From: an uncultured Anaerolineales bacterium
GTDB taxonomy: Bacteria > Chloroflexota > Anaerolineae > Anaerolineales > UBA11858
Length of the DNA stretch: 64,000 bases
Reading direction: 5' to 3'
NCBI GenBank assembly: GCA_964539105.1
Contig: CAZIFI010000007.1
Location: 2,883 to 66,882 of the forward strand
Within the stretch, counting starts at the first letter, position 1. Every line of letters begins with the position of its first letter. Positions 36,079 to 46,317 of the stretch are shown here, in pieces. Under the pieces are notes generated by a model. The model had not been told where the DNA came from. It saw only the letters and a list, made by a program, of their open reading frames with translations, and did not search any database. The position numbers were made by a program, and so were the translations under genes.

Positions 36079-36586
36079 AGAAAAGATCCCCCCTGAAGTC
36101 GAGGTCGTTCCTGCCCGGGTTCAGCAAAAACAGGTCATGGAAAACCTGTTCCAATATTACTTGCATGACTTCAGCCAGTATGTAGATCTGGAATTGGATG
36201 ATCAGGGCCGCTTTGAGGATTCCCATCTGCCTGATTACTGGCAGGAAGAAAACCGCTACCCTTTTTTCATTACAGCAAAGGGAAACATCGCCGGATTTAT
36301 TCTCGTGACCCGTGAATCTAAGGGGGACGGACGGCGGGCGTACGATATTTCGGAATTCTTTGTTCTGCGGGGATACCGCCGGCAGGGCGTTGGCAAACAG
36401 GCTGCCTGCAAGATCTGGGGCCGTTTTCCGGGGAGCTGGCAGGTGCGGGTCATGCGCCGAAATCAACCTGCTGTGGCTTTCTGGGGTGCGGTAATCCGTG
36501 GTTATGCGGGAGATCGCGCCAGCCGGCAAATCCTATCCCGCGGGGGATATGACTGGTTTGTGTATCATTTTGAGAATTCAGCGTAA
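36071..36586 (+). CDS. GNAT family N-acetyltransferase
   Basis: Acetyl-CoA motif A: LRGYRRQGVGKQAA. The ATG at 36071 overlaps the CPBP stop by 8 nt. Confidence 0.8.
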   Translation: MTEEKIPPEVEVVPARVQQKQVMENLFQYYLHDFSQYVDLELDDQGRFEDSHLPDYWQEENRYPFFITAKGNIAGFILVTRESKGDGRRAYDISEFFVLRGYRRQGVGKQAACKIWGRFPGSWQVRVMRRNQPAVAFWGAVIRGYAGDRASRQILSRGGYDWFVYHFENSA

Positions 36587-36886
36587 TCTGTTTCCGGCGG
36601 GGTATGTCGTCCCACCCTATCCATCTTACTTTTCGTTTTTTTGTTTGAGCTTGCCGCGTTGTTTGGTCGAGTTTGAAGAAAGAGAAAGCGGAGGTTCTGG
36701 CAGCGCCCATCTTTTTGTGGCCCAAAAATGGCATGAGTAAAGGCCGCTTTTACAGCAGCCTGGAGGTTATCTTCCTCATGGTGAGGGATTACAACACAGA
36801 TTATTTCCCGTTGGCTCCTCTCGCCAGGGGGTGTATAATCGCATCATGTTATAGTAGAAGGTAAATCTGACATACAAGGGGAAATC

Positions 36887-37636
36887 ATGCTCGTTGATAT
36901 TAATCTGGGAATGATCATCATCGCTGCCTCCATCACTGCAGTGGCTACCGGTCTGGGTGCATTGCCTTTCTTATTTTTCCGGAAGGTCAGCCACTGGTGG
37001 TTGAGCATATTTCATGCTGCTGCGGGCGGATTGATGCTGGGTGCCAGCCATAGTTTGATCCAGGAGGGGACCAACCTGCATCCCGGATTAACGTTATTGG
37101 GCATCCTGCTGGGACTGGGGTTGATCATTGCGGCCAATGAATACATCCACAGGCGGGGCGAAGTCGATGTGGCTGAGTTAGCCGGCGCTGACGCCCGGAA
37201 AGCTCTCCTCATGCTGGGGGTGATGACAGCCCATTCCTTTGCTGAAGGTATCGGTGTGGGGGTATCCTATGGAGGAGGGGATAAATTAGGTCTGTTTGTC
37301 ACAGCGGCCATCGCCATCCATAATATCCCGGAAGGACTGGCCATCAGCCTGATCCTCATTCCGCGCGGGACACCGCTCTGGAAATCATCCGCATGGAGTA
37401 TCTTTACCAGTCTTCCTCAGCCCCTGATGGCCATCCCTGCCTTTTTGTTTGTGTTGATTTTTAAGCCTTTCTTGCCTGTCGGATTGGGTCTCGCCGCGGG
37501 AGCAATGATCTGGATGGTGTTCGCGGAATTGATCCCGGATGCCCTGGAAGACGCGTCTGGGCAGGCAGTGGGGATTTCTGTTACCCTGGCTTTTACGGCA
37601 TTGTTGATGTTTCAGGAGCTGGTTATTCGATTATAA
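36887..37636 (+). CDS. ZIP family metal (Zn/Fe) transporter
   Basis: HSFAEGIGVG and IAIHNIPEGLAIS signature helices. Confidence 0.88.
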   Translation: MLVDINLGMIIIAASITAVATGLGALPFLFFRKVSHWWLSIFHAAAGGLMLGASHSLIQEGTNLHPGLTLLGILLGLGLIIAANEYIHRRGEVDVAELAGADARKALLMLGVMTAHSFAEGIGVGVSYGGGDKLGLFVTAAIAIHNIPEGLAISLILIPRGTPLWKSSAWSIFTSLPQPLMAIPAFLFVLIFKPFLPVGLGLAAGAMIWMVFAELIPDALEDASGQAVGISVTLAFTALLMFQELVIRL

Positions 37637-37867
37637 ACCCATGGGTATCTAATAGTGGCACGCTGTACTGTGCCTCTATGGCCGGATGGGTTCGGAGTAA
37701 ATCCTGGATAAGGGTATGATCATGCCACTCTCTGTATACGTATTCAGGATATTAATGATCAGAATGCAGCCCGGAGTGCCAAGTTTCTGGGGGGAGGATG
37801 ATAACCATTAGAGTCTGAGCTGGAGCGGTGTAGAGGCAAAGGTTTAATTTCAGTATAAGGATGGATT

Positions 37868-38527
37868 ATGATGAAAACGATACAGTGGGTGTGGCGGGTC
37901 ATGGTTTTATTGGTTCTGATTGTTTTGGGTGTTTTATTGATCTTCACCATCCAGAAAAGCATCCAAACCGAACTTGAGCCGTTGCGGGATGTACAGCATG
38001 GTCTGGCCACCCAGGTGTCTGGTGTGCTGTATCCCACGCCGACGATCATCCCCGATCCAGTGACCATCATTCATGAGATTCGTTCTCTGGCTCGTTTAGA
38101 AACTATCAAGTTCAGCTTGGAAAAAATCATCACTGCGGAGACCAGACAGGGGGCTTTCGAATTTTTCCTGGGGGATGAATTAATATTTGTCGCTCATGGA
38201 GAGGTAATTGCCGGGGTTGATCTAAACAAACTGGAAGCGGAGGATCTTAAAGTAAAGAATGGTGTTTTGTACGTCACGCTGCCGGAGCCGGAAGTCTTTG
38301 CCACGATTCTCGACAACGAACAATCCTATGTCTACGATCGAGATAAAGGTTTATTTACCAAGGGAGATGTGGACCTGGAAACGGAAGCCCGCCGGGCTGC
38401 TGAACGGGAGATCTACGAAAGCGCTGTGGAGGATGATATCCTTGACCTGGCGGGACTGAATGCTGAAAATTTTTTGGCCAGGCTATTCCGCGATCTGGGT
38501 TATCCTGAGGTCATCTTCGAACAGTGA
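37868..38527 (+). CDS. DUF4230-like membrane-anchored protein
   Basis: N-terminal TM helix, then the ARLETIKF...FVAHGEVIAGVDL pattern that I associate with DUF4230. Not verified. Confidence 0.55.
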   Translation: MMKTIQWVWRVMVLLVLIVLGVLLIFTIQKSIQTELEPLRDVQHGLATQVSGVLYPTPTIIPDPVTIIHEIRSLARLETIKFSLEKIITAETRQGAFEFFLGDELIFVAHGEVIAGVDLNKLEAEDLKVKNGVLYVTLPEPEVFATILDNEQSYVYDRDKGLFTKGDVDLETEARRAAEREIYESAVEDDILDLAGLNAENFLARLFRDLGYPEVIFEQ

Positions 38528-38637
38528 GTGTCTTCATTGAACGGGTGGCTGGTTCTTAATCACTATTAATTTTGGGTGAAAAGCAATGGTGATACGATCG
38601 ACATTAATCCAAACTTGTATGAATGGGAGGATATTTT

Positions 38638-39414
38638 ATGTCCCAGTCTCCATTTTCACTCAAAAGAATTTCTCTGGTCTTAATGACCATTGCTTTGCTG
38701 GCGGCAGGCTGTGCCCAGGCCAATGACGGAATGGCCTCATTACCGGATGATGGCCCGCCTATTCCGGTGTCCCGGGAAGCCGCGGTGCGCTTTGCACAGA
38801 AAACGTTAGCTGGCGCGAATGGGACAGGTGATGGCGGAACGATCCGTTTCACCGTTACGCAGGAGGAGGTGACTTCCGCCTTAGCCATTGGAGCTCGCTG
38901 GGTGTCCTATTCCCAGGGTGGACCACTGTTTGAAGGGGTCCCGGGTTTGGAAGGCGTTTTAGATGGGCAAGAGGTAGAAAAACTGCTTGAATCCCAGGGA
39001 TCTGACGGGCTGCAAGGGAGTGAGATACCTCCCGGCATCATTAACTTGCTTGAAAACTTACAGCCGGAGGATGGAGGGGGGATCAACCTCCCTGATATTC
39101 GCTTGAAACTGGAAGAACCCCAGGTTTACTTTAAAGGGGACGGCAGGATTATTCTTCGCGGCAATGGCCGCCTGCTGCGATGGAGACTTCCAGTCCGAAT
39201 GGTGATCGCTCCCAGTGCCGCCCAGGGCGAACTCATCTTCGACTTTGTAGAAGGTCAGATTGGCAAATTACCAATGCCGAAATTCCTGTTTGATCCTTTG
39301 GGCGACCTCCTGGCCCGGGTCCTCCTGTCAGGACGAAAATTCGCCCGGATCTCCGAATTATCCGTCCGGGAAGGTGCCTTGACATTTTCTGGACGGTTGA
39401 GCCTGGAACAATGA
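38638..39414 (+). CDS. Hypothetical lipoprotein
   Basis: Signal peptide with lipobox LLAAGC. ATG 38638 follows GGGAGG. Confidence 0.6.
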   Translation: MSQSPFSLKRISLVLMTIALLAAGCAQANDGMASLPDDGPPIPVSREAAVRFAQKTLAGANGTGDGGTIRFTVTQEEVTSALAIGARWVSYSQGGPLFEGVPGLEGVLDGQEVEKLLESQGSDGLQGSEIPPGIINLLENLQPEDGGGINLPDIRLKLEEPQVYFKGDGRIILRGNGRLLRWRLPVRMVIAPSAAQGELIFDFVEGQIGKLPMPKFLFDPLGDLLARVLLSGRKFARISELSVREGALTFSGRLSLEQ

Positions 39415-39582
39415 ATTAACCCCGTTGAGGCTTTCATCCTTTGGCTGCAATCTCTGTATTCAGCGCTGGCCTTCAGGGCTGGTTGGCCTGAACTTTTTCC
39501 TCCTCACCCATTGACACAGGGATGGATCGTTCTATGATACACAAAGGAATTGTGGAATGACATCCATTCATTGAGGAGATCT

Positions 39583-40773
39583 ATGAGGGTTGACGAAGAA
39601 CGTTTTGGATCCCGGTATTATTTTGCAGCGTTTTTCGTCTTAGGGTTGATCACTGCTTCTTTGGGACCATCCTTACCTTCTTTTTCAAGGGGGACAAACA
39701 GTACGCTGCAGGAACTGGGGGTGCTTTTTCCAGTCCGGGCAGGGGCTTACCTGTTCGGGGCATGGTTGACAGGTCACTTAATTGACAAAACCCGGGGACA
39801 CGTATTGTTGGTTTCCGGAATGCTGTTAATGGGGATAACTACTTTTTTCATCCCGGAGATACACCGGATTTGGGTTTTATTGGTGGCCATGGTATTCATG
39901 GGGTGGGGCATGGGGATTCTGGATGTAAGCGGGAATACTCTCTTGATGTGGCAAGCGCTTGAGGATCCCGGGTCTGCCATGAATGCCCTGCATTTTTTCT
40001 ATGGTCTGGGTTCGTTTCTATCTCCACTGATCCTGGCTGGAGCGATGCAGTACACGAATGGGATTAAAGCCGGATATTTTATTTATGGCATTGTTTTAAT
40101 ACCGCTTCTGTTTCCCATCCTGCGGGCAAACAGTCCCCAACCGCCCCGGGAGGAAGCACCAGAGCATGCATCGCGTTTGCCTGTGGCGAATAGGCGAGCT
40201 TTGGTTCTGATCGCGGTTTTCTTTTTTCTGTATGTGGGTGTTGAAGTAGGTTTCGGGGGCTGGATAGCTGCTTATGGTTTGAAATCCCGATTGACCACGG
40301 AAGTGACCGGGGCTGTCTTGACCTCAGCCTATTGGGGCGCCTTCAATGCATCCCGGCTGGTGAGTGTACCCCTGGCCGCCCGCTGGAAACCAAAGTCTAT
40401 CCTTGTCATGGATTTATCAGGAGGCTTGCTCAGCCTCGCCGTAATTCTCCTGTGGCCCACATCACCGGTCGCCCTGTGGGTGGGTGCGCTGGGTTTAGGC
40501 TGGTCCCTGGCATCCGTTTTTCCAACCATGCTCACATTCGCAAACCAGCACCTGGCTCTCAAGGGGCGGAATACAAGCTGGTTTTTTGTCAGTGCCGGAT
40601 TGGGTGCCATGGCGACTCCCTGGGGGTTAAGCCGTTTTGTCGAAGGGGGAAGCCCGATCCGCCTCATGCAGGTGATCTTTATCGAACTGCTGTTGACATT
40701 CCTGCTCTTCGGTGTCTATTTCTACCGGAAAAGACGGGATGGGTTGGTCACGGAATCCGGCATTCAGGGGTAA
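39583..40773 (+). CDS. MFS transporter
   Basis: About 12 TM helices and a GHLIDKTRGH loop (MFS motif A-like). ATG 39583 follows GAGGAG. Confidence 0.8.
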   Translation: MRVDEERFGSRYYFAAFFVLGLITASLGPSLPSFSRGTNSTLQELGVLFPVRAGAYLFGAWLTGHLIDKTRGHVLLVSGMLLMGITTFFIPEIHRIWVLLVAMVFMGWGMGILDVSGNTLLMWQALEDPGSAMNALHFFYGLGSFLSPLILAGAMQYTNGIKAGYFIYGIVLIPLLFPILRANSPQPPREEAPEHASRLPVANRRALVLIAVFFFLYVGVEVGFGGWIAAYGLKSRLTTEVTGAVLTSAYWGAFNASRLVSVPLAARWKPKSILVMDLSGGLLSLAVILLWPTSPVALWVGALGLGWSLASVFPTMLTFANQHLALKGRNTSWFFVSAGLGAMATPWGLSRFVEGGSPIRLMQVIFIELLLTFLLFGVYFYRKRRDGLVTESGIQG

Positions 40774-40901
40774 ATGGAGACAAGTGGTACATAATATGCA
40801 TTGAAATATTCAGACAATTGTTTAGAATAAAAATATGATTTCGGGATCAACTCCTCGGGGTTGATCTGAGGCTGGTTTTGTTAAGGAATTAATCGCTGAA
40901 A

Positions 40902-42521
40902 ATGACTGCTGATCTCCCGATAGAAGTTGAAGAGGTATCCTTTCGGTATCGAGATCGAGAAGAGCTCGCTATTCAGGATATCTCCTTTGGAGTGAAAAAG
41001 GGAGAAATATTTCTCATTGCGGGAGCCAGTGGCTGCGGTAAAACCACCTTAATCCGGTCCATCAATGGCCTGATCCCGCGGAGCTATAAGGGTGAGTTGA
41101 CGGGGGAGATACGCATCCACGGCGAGGATCCACAGGAGTGGCCCTTATCTAAAATCTCACAGCAGGTAGCCACGGTCTTGCAGGATCCGGAACGGCAGAT
41201 CCTGGGTACAAAAGTCCTTAACGAAGTGGCGTTTGGTCTTGAAAACTTGGGATTACCGCGACAGGAAATCTATACCCGGATTGACAGGGCTCTGGAACAG
41301 CTCAGCATTCTCCATTTGCGGGATCGGGAGACCTTTAATTTATCGGGCGGCGAGAAACAAAAGGTTGCCCTGGCGGGTGTGTTGGCCATGGAGCCCAGCA
41401 TCCTTCTCCTGGATGAGCCCCTGGCCAGCCTGGATCCAGTCAGCGCCCGGGAGACGTTGATAGCGGTACGCGAGCTTGCGGATCAAGGAATGTCCATCCT
41501 GATGGTGGAACACCGTGTGGAAGATGTCCTGGGGATCGATCCTGACCGGGTCTTGTTTATGCATGATGGCAAGATCCGTTACCTCGGCGACCCTGACGGG
41601 TTAATTAAGGTAGTAGACTATCATGAAGTAAAACTGCCGGCTGAATTGGTCATCAAGCGGGCTGCGCAGGATCCCCCTCCACCGTTGTTGGATGTCCTCC
41701 CCGGCATTGAGGGCCGGGAGGAGGCGTTAGAACCCCTGGTCCGCTTTGAGAATGTCAGTTTTCATTATGAAAAGGAAACCGAGGTCCTGCATGACATCAA
41801 TCTCACCATTAATCAGGGCGATGTGATTGCCGTGCTGGGTCCCAATGGAGCCGGGAAGACAACTTTTGTCAAACATGCCATAGGTTTGTTAGAGCCGGTA
41901 AACGGTGAGGTGCTGGTAGAAGGAGTGAGTACGAAAAAGGCCTCCGTGGCGCAAATTGCCCAGACTTTGGGTTATGTATTCCAAAGTCCAAGCCATATGT
42001 TATTTGCTCCCACCGTGTACAAGGAATTATCGTTCGGCCCCAGGAACCTTGCTCACAGTGAAGAGGAGATTGAAAAGGAGGTGAAAGAAGCCCTACAAAT
42101 CGTAAACCTGGAGGATATGGAGGAAGATCCTCCCCTGTCGCTGTCCTTCGGCCAACAAAAACGGGTCAGCATCGCTGCCATCCTGGCCATGCGTTCCAGA
42201 ATTCTGGTCATGGATGAACCTAATGCCGGGCAGGACTATCAAAATTATATGAACTTTATGGATTCCATCTTACAAATGCCCGGATTTGAATCGATCCTGT
42301 TTGTCACCCATGATGTCGATCTGGCACTGATCTATGCTAACCGCATCATCCTGGTGGCGGATGGATCCATTCAGGCAGATGGGTCCCCTCAAGAAGTGCT
42401 GGGGGATGTGAATCTGCTGCGATCGTGCAATCTGATCCCCACCTCGCTGCTGAAAGCAAATTTAGAGAGGTCAGCGGAAGTGGATCACTTCATGCGGGCT
42501 GAAGCGTTAGCGCACGTGTAA
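40902..42521 (+). CDS. ECF transporter fused tandem ATPase (EcfA-EcfA')
   Basis: Two complete ABC cassettes: GASGCGKTT/LSGGEKQ/LLLDEP and GPNGAGKTT/LSFGQQKR/LVMDEP. Confidence 0.9.
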   Translation: MTADLPIEVEEVSFRYRDREELAIQDISFGVKKGEIFLIAGASGCGKTTLIRSINGLIPRSYKGELTGEIRIHGEDPQEWPLSKISQQVATVLQDPERQILGTKVLNEVAFGLENLGLPRQEIYTRIDRALEQLSILHLRDRETFNLSGGEKQKVALAGVLAMEPSILLLDEPLASLDPVSARETLIAVRELADQGMSILMVEHRVEDVLGIDPDRVLFMHDGKIRYLGDPDGLIKVVDYHEVKLPAELVIKRAAQDPPPPLLDVLPGIEGREEALEPLVRFENVSFHYEKETEVLHDINLTINQGDVIAVLGPNGAGKTTFVKHAIGLLEPVNGEVLVEGVSTKKASVAQIAQTLGYVFQSPSHMLFAPTVYKELSFGPRNLAHSEEEIEKEVKEALQIVNLEDMEEDPPLSLSFGQQKRVSIAAILAMRSRILVMDEPNAGQDYQNYMNFMDSILQMPGFESILFVTHDVDLALIYANRIILVADGSIQADGSPQEVLGDVNLLRSCNLIPTSLLKANLERSAEVDHFMRAEALAHV

Positions 42522-42595
42522 CACGTGTAAATAGATTTCCTCCAACCCCATCAGTATAGGTTCAACAGTATTCGTTTAGCCATAAGGAGAGTAAC

Positions 42596-43534
42596 ATGGA
42601 TAATAGGCTACAGTCGATTTTCTGGACCCTTGTCGCTGTTCTCGTTGTCTTCCTGCTGTTGATCTACGTAGGGGGCAGTGTGCTGGGCGTAGAGAGGTTG
42701 CAGACGGGGGAAAATCCTGTCCTGCGCTTTGTGTTTGTGATCATCGGTCTTTTGTTGACCCTCCTGGTCTATTACCTGACCCGGGATGATGAAGCCTGGC
42801 AGGTAGGTACACGGGAGGTGGTGTGGATGGCTATTGGCGCAGCGCTGTACGCCGTGTTCTCGTGGCTTTTCAATGGGACGGTTTTTTTGGTTCCTTCTAT
42901 CAGTCAGGTCTCCCTGCGGCCGGCGGTTGCCATTCCCATGTTCTTCGGGTATGCCTTTGGCCCTGTAGTGGGGTTCTTCTCCGGCGCAGTGGGCAACATG
43001 TTCGGTGACGCCTTGACCGGTTTTGGGCTCTCTCCCCAGTGGAGTGTGGGCAACGGGTTAATTGGCTTTGTTGCGGGTATGGCCATGCTGTATAAGGACA
43101 AGAAGCGGAGCATGAATTCGGCCATGTGGATCAGCGGCGTCCTGGCCTTGATTTCTGTTGTGCTGTTTGTCCTCAACCGCAACCAATCGAACATGATGTT
43201 CTTTGCCCCGGATGAAGGCATCTTTGGCGATGCCACCATCTCTCTGTTCGCCGGGATTTCCATTGTCGTCGGCTTCCTGCTGGTGCTGATTGTGCGCTTT
43301 GCCTTCGGCGAGAACATCGACATTGCCGCGGCTGTGACCTGGAGCATGCTGGGCAACATTGTGGGCATCGGGTTTGCTGCCCTGTCTGATATCTGGATCA
43401 ACGGATTCTCGCCTGAAGCCGCGATTGTGGGTGAGTTCCTGCCTGCAGCCGGTCCGAATTTGATCTTTGCCGCCATCCTCGTCCCACTTCTGGTGACAGC
43501 GTATGATGCTGTCCAGACCCAATCCGGCCGCTAA
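42596..43534 (+). CDS. ECF transporter substrate-specific (S) component, unusually long
   Basis: LRPAVAIPMFFGYAFGPVVGFFSGAVGNMFGD and WSVGNGLIGFVAG match the S-component core. Two extra N-terminal helices bring it to 312 aa. Confidence 0.7.
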   Translation: MDNRLQSIFWTLVAVLVVFLLLIYVGGSVLGVERLQTGENPVLRFVFVIIGLLLTLLVYYLTRDDEAWQVGTREVVWMAIGAALYAVFSWLFNGTVFLVPSISQVSLRPAVAIPMFFGYAFGPVVGFFSGAVGNMFGDALTGFGLSPQWSVGNGLIGFVAGMAMLYKDKKRSMNSAMWISGVLALISVVLFVLNRNQSNMMFFAPDEGIFGDATISLFAGISIVVGFLLVLIVRFAFGENIDIAAAVTWSMLGNIVGIGFAALSDIWINGFSPEAAIVGEFLPAAGPNLIFAAILVPLLVTAYDAVQTQSGR

Positions 43535-43598
43535 CTAAAGACGACATCACTCAGGGGCCGGTTAGCCGGTCCCTGAGACTGTTTCTGGTAAGGAACGT

Positions 43599-44471
43599 AT
43601 GCTTGTATCCTGGCGCTATAAAGACCGAAAATCTCTCATCCAGTGGTTTGATCCCCGGGCCTGGATCATCTTTTACGGCTGTTTTCTGGCTACCACCCTT
43701 TTCTTCTGGGATGTGCGGTTCCTGGCCCCTTTAATGTTGATTTCTCTGGTGTCCTTGTTGACATCCGGGGTGACCTGGAGTGAAATGCGCCGGGCGTTCA
43801 TCTTCATCATCGGCTTTGTTTTCATTTTTGCAGTTCTTACCTTTTTGACCGGCCGGGGTGGTGTAGAAGTTTACGAGGAAGAACACCTGGTAAGGGAGTA
43901 TGCCGCTCCCTTTACCATCCTGGGCTGGCGGCCGACGTTGAAAGTCACTGTGGAGCGATTGTTTTTTGCGGTCAGCCAGTTTGTGCGGGTATTCAGCATC
44001 GCGGTGATGACCATCCTTATCCCTTATACCTTGAATCCGGCCCTGTACGGGGTCACCTTCCGGGGGTTGGGACTGCCGGATAAGATCGCTTACGCCATGG
44101 ATTTGACCATGCGCTTTATTCCCACCTTCGGCCGCGATTTTCAATTGACGATGGACGCCCAGCGAGCGCGGGGATATGAATTGGATAAAATCGAAGGGGG
44201 ATTAATTGCCCAGGTCCGTAAATTGGCCCCGATCATTGTGCCGGTGACGATCCATGCCATCATTTCCAGTGAAGACATCATTGATGCCATGGACCTGCGG
44301 GCCTTCGGCGTAGGGCCGCGCACCTGGCTTCAGAAACTGGAGTATGAATTAAAAGATAGAATTCTGATCTGGTTTGGTGTGGCTCTTCTGGTCACTGCGA
44401 TTGTGATCCTTTTCCTGGGATATGGCTCGTTCTGGGTTCCAGAGGTCCTTATCCAGCGCTGGGCACAATAG
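43599..44471 (+). CDS. ECF transporter transmembrane (T) component (EcfT/CbiQ family)
   Basis: Polytopic protein with conserved coupling motifs: A.D.R.F..TM.AQRARG... (ARG motif) and AMDLRAF. Confidence 0.85.
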   Translation: MLVSWRYKDRKSLIQWFDPRAWIIFYGCFLATTLFFWDVRFLAPLMLISLVSLLTSGVTWSEMRRAFIFIIGFVFIFAVLTFLTGRGGVEVYEEEHLVREYAAPFTILGWRPTLKVTVERLFFAVSQFVRVFSIAVMTILIPYTLNPALYGVTFRGLGLPDKIAYAMDLTMRFIPTFGRDFQLTMDAQRARGYELDKIEGGLIAQVRKLAPIIVPVTIHAIISSEDIIDAMDLRAFGVGPRTWLQKLEYELKDRILIWFGVALLVTAIVILFLGYGSFWVPEVLIQRWAQ

Positions 44472-44512
44472 GGGGATACATCACGGGGTGCCGTCCTTTT
44501 TTATACCGCCGG

Positions 44513-45130
44513 TTATGATCCACCCGAAAATGAATCTAATGATTTCGCCAGCTCTTCCGCTTCCTGGAATTCCTCCGGGGTATTAAGGTTCCAGAAGGTG
44601 TGTTCAGAGGGGGCAAGGGACCGGGTTTCCTGTGGAGATAGAATCTGCACATCTGCCTGGTCGTGCCAGGAGATCATCCGCCATTGATCTTGGTCTATCG
44701 CTTCCCGAACAAGGGGCAGACATGTTTTTGCGCGATAAACCGCATGCATGGGTTCCGGTCCGTAATCTGTGCTGGGGAGGACAGCGTCCGCATCGGAGTC
44801 TTTAAGCGTTTCATATAGATGACGCATCAATGAAGAGCTGGCAAAGGGCATATCACAGGCCACCAGGGCCATGTAGGGATAAGAAGCGATGCTCAGTGCT
44901 GTGTAGAGTCCCCCCAGAGCACCACGGTCAGGGATGATGTCTGTGTGGAGCGGGACATCCAGGTACCGGTAATTATCTGGATCGTTGGTGATGATCAGAA
45001 GTTCGTCACCGAGGGGGGAAAACCTGTCCTGAATATGCTCGATTAATGGTTTGTTCAAGAACTCCAGCAGGGCTTTATCCTCCCCCATACGGGATGATTC
45101 TCCACCGGATTGAATGATTATGGATAGCAT
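44513..45130 (-). CDS. mobA: Molybdenum cofactor guanylyltransferase
   Basis: IIQSGGESSRMGEDKALL N-terminal nucleotide-binding motif and VACDMPF. Confidence 0.85.
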   Translation of the reverse strand: MLSIIIQSGGESSRMGEDKALLEFLNKPLIEHIQDRFSPLGDELLIITNDPDNYRYLDVPLHTDIIPDRGALGGLYTALSIASYPYMALVACDMPFASSSLMRHLYETLKDSDADAVLPSTDYGPEPMHAVYRAKTCLPLVREAIDQDQWRMISWHDQADVQILSPQETRSLAPSEHTFWNLNTPEEFQEAEELAKSLDSFSGGS

Positions 45131-45204
45131 ACCCAGATTATAATAAATATGTGTATATATTGATTTAGGGCAAGATTAGTTTTTTGAATTATGGGGAGGA
45201 CAAT

Positions 45205-46314
45205 ATGGTGACCCTGGCTGAAAACCTGGACCAAAAGACTGGAAAGGGTGACCTGTATGAAAAGTTGGAGGGGGACATGATTGGCTGCCATGCCTGTGCT
45301 CACCGCTGTACCATTCGACCCGGCAAGCGCGGTATCTGTAAGGTGCGCTTCAATCAGGATGGGGAGCTGAAGGTTCCGATGGGGTATGTCACTTCCCTCC
45401 AGGTGGACCCTGTTGAAAAGAAACCCTTCTATCATCTTATGGCCGGCACAGATGCGCTGACGTTTGGGATGTTGGGATGCAATTTCCATTGCAGTTACTG
45501 CCAGAATTGGCTGTCCTCTCAAGCTGTGAGGGATCCGGATGCGGAACATGCCGGACGCTATATCCGTGAGATATCGAGCGGAGAAATTGTGCAGCACGGT
45601 CAGCGCCAGGGAGCCCGGGTTGTTGCCTCTTCTTACAACGAACCCTTGATCACGTCCGAATGGTCGTATGAGATCTTTTCCCTGGCGAAAGAGCACGGGA
45701 TGAAAGCGGTGTATGTCTCCAATGGGTATGCCACCCCTGAAGTGCTTGAATATCTCAACCCGGTGTTAGCTGGTTTTAAAGTAGACCTGAAAACCATGCG
45801 TGATGATTATTACCGCAGTTTGGGCGGTCAGCTTGAGCCTGTACTGGAAAGCATTGAGCTGGCCCATAATCTGGGTTTGTGGGTGGAGGTTGTAACGCTG
45901 ATTATCCCTGACTACAATGACAGCAGTTCTGAATTGAAGGAGATCGCGGGGTTCATCCGTTCCATTTCTCCGGACATTCCCTGGCACGTGACCGCTTTTC
46001 ACCCGGACTATCAAATGGGGGGCGCGTCAAGAACGCCTCCAGAGTCGATACTCCGGGCTGCGGAGATTGGGCGGGAGCAGGGCCTTCTTTATGTTTATGC
46101 TGGCAATCTCCCCGGCCAGGTAGAGAACTTCGAGGATACCCATTGTCACGAATGCGGGGAAGCCATTATCCAGCGCAGCGGGTATGTGATCCGGAAATAC
46201 CGCATTACAGCCCAGGGTACATGCCCTGAGTGCGGGACGGACATTCCCGGCTTGTGGACGGATGATCCAGAGACGGTCAACCTGTTGGGATCAGGCTTTC
46301 CACGCAAGATCTAA
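45205..46314 (+). CDS. AmmeMemoRadiSam-system-type radical SAM enzyme
   Basis: N-terminal Cys cluster CHACAHRC...GICKVR, the radical SAM box GCNFHCSYCQNW, and a C-terminal CHECG...CPECG zinc ribbon. ATG 45205 follows GGGGAGG. Confidence 0.8.
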   Translation: MVTLAENLDQKTGKGDLYEKLEGDMIGCHACAHRCTIRPGKRGICKVRFNQDGELKVPMGYVTSLQVDPVEKKPFYHLMAGTDALTFGMLGCNFHCSYCQNWLSSQAVRDPDAEHAGRYIREISSGEIVQHGQRQGARVVASSYNEPLITSEWSYEIFSLAKEHGMKAVYVSNGYATPEVLEYLNPVLAGFKVDLKTMRDDYYRSLGGQLEPVLESIELAHNLGLWVEVVTLIIPDYNDSSSELKEIAGFIRSISPDIPWHVTAFHPDYQMGGASRTPPESILRAAEIGREQGLLYVYAGNLPGQVENFEDTHCHECGEAIIQRSGYVIRKYRITAQGTCPECGTDIPGLWTDDPETVNLLGSGFPRKI

Positions 46315-46317
46315 AGG

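Noticed and set aside
40774-40901. Riboswitch (TPP, cobalamin or preQ1) upstream of the ECF transporter
   Set aside because: Only a simple 7-bp hairpin is present. No CUGAGA/ACCUGA TPP core, B12 box or preQ1 A-rich tail could be recognised. The region is too short for most vitamin riboswitches.
45118-45696. 192-aa minus-strand ORF overlapping the start of the radical SAM gene and mobA. A similar case is the 181-aa ORF at 31825..32370.
   Set aside because: They are antisense to, or overlap, well-supported genes. They have no SD and no motifs.
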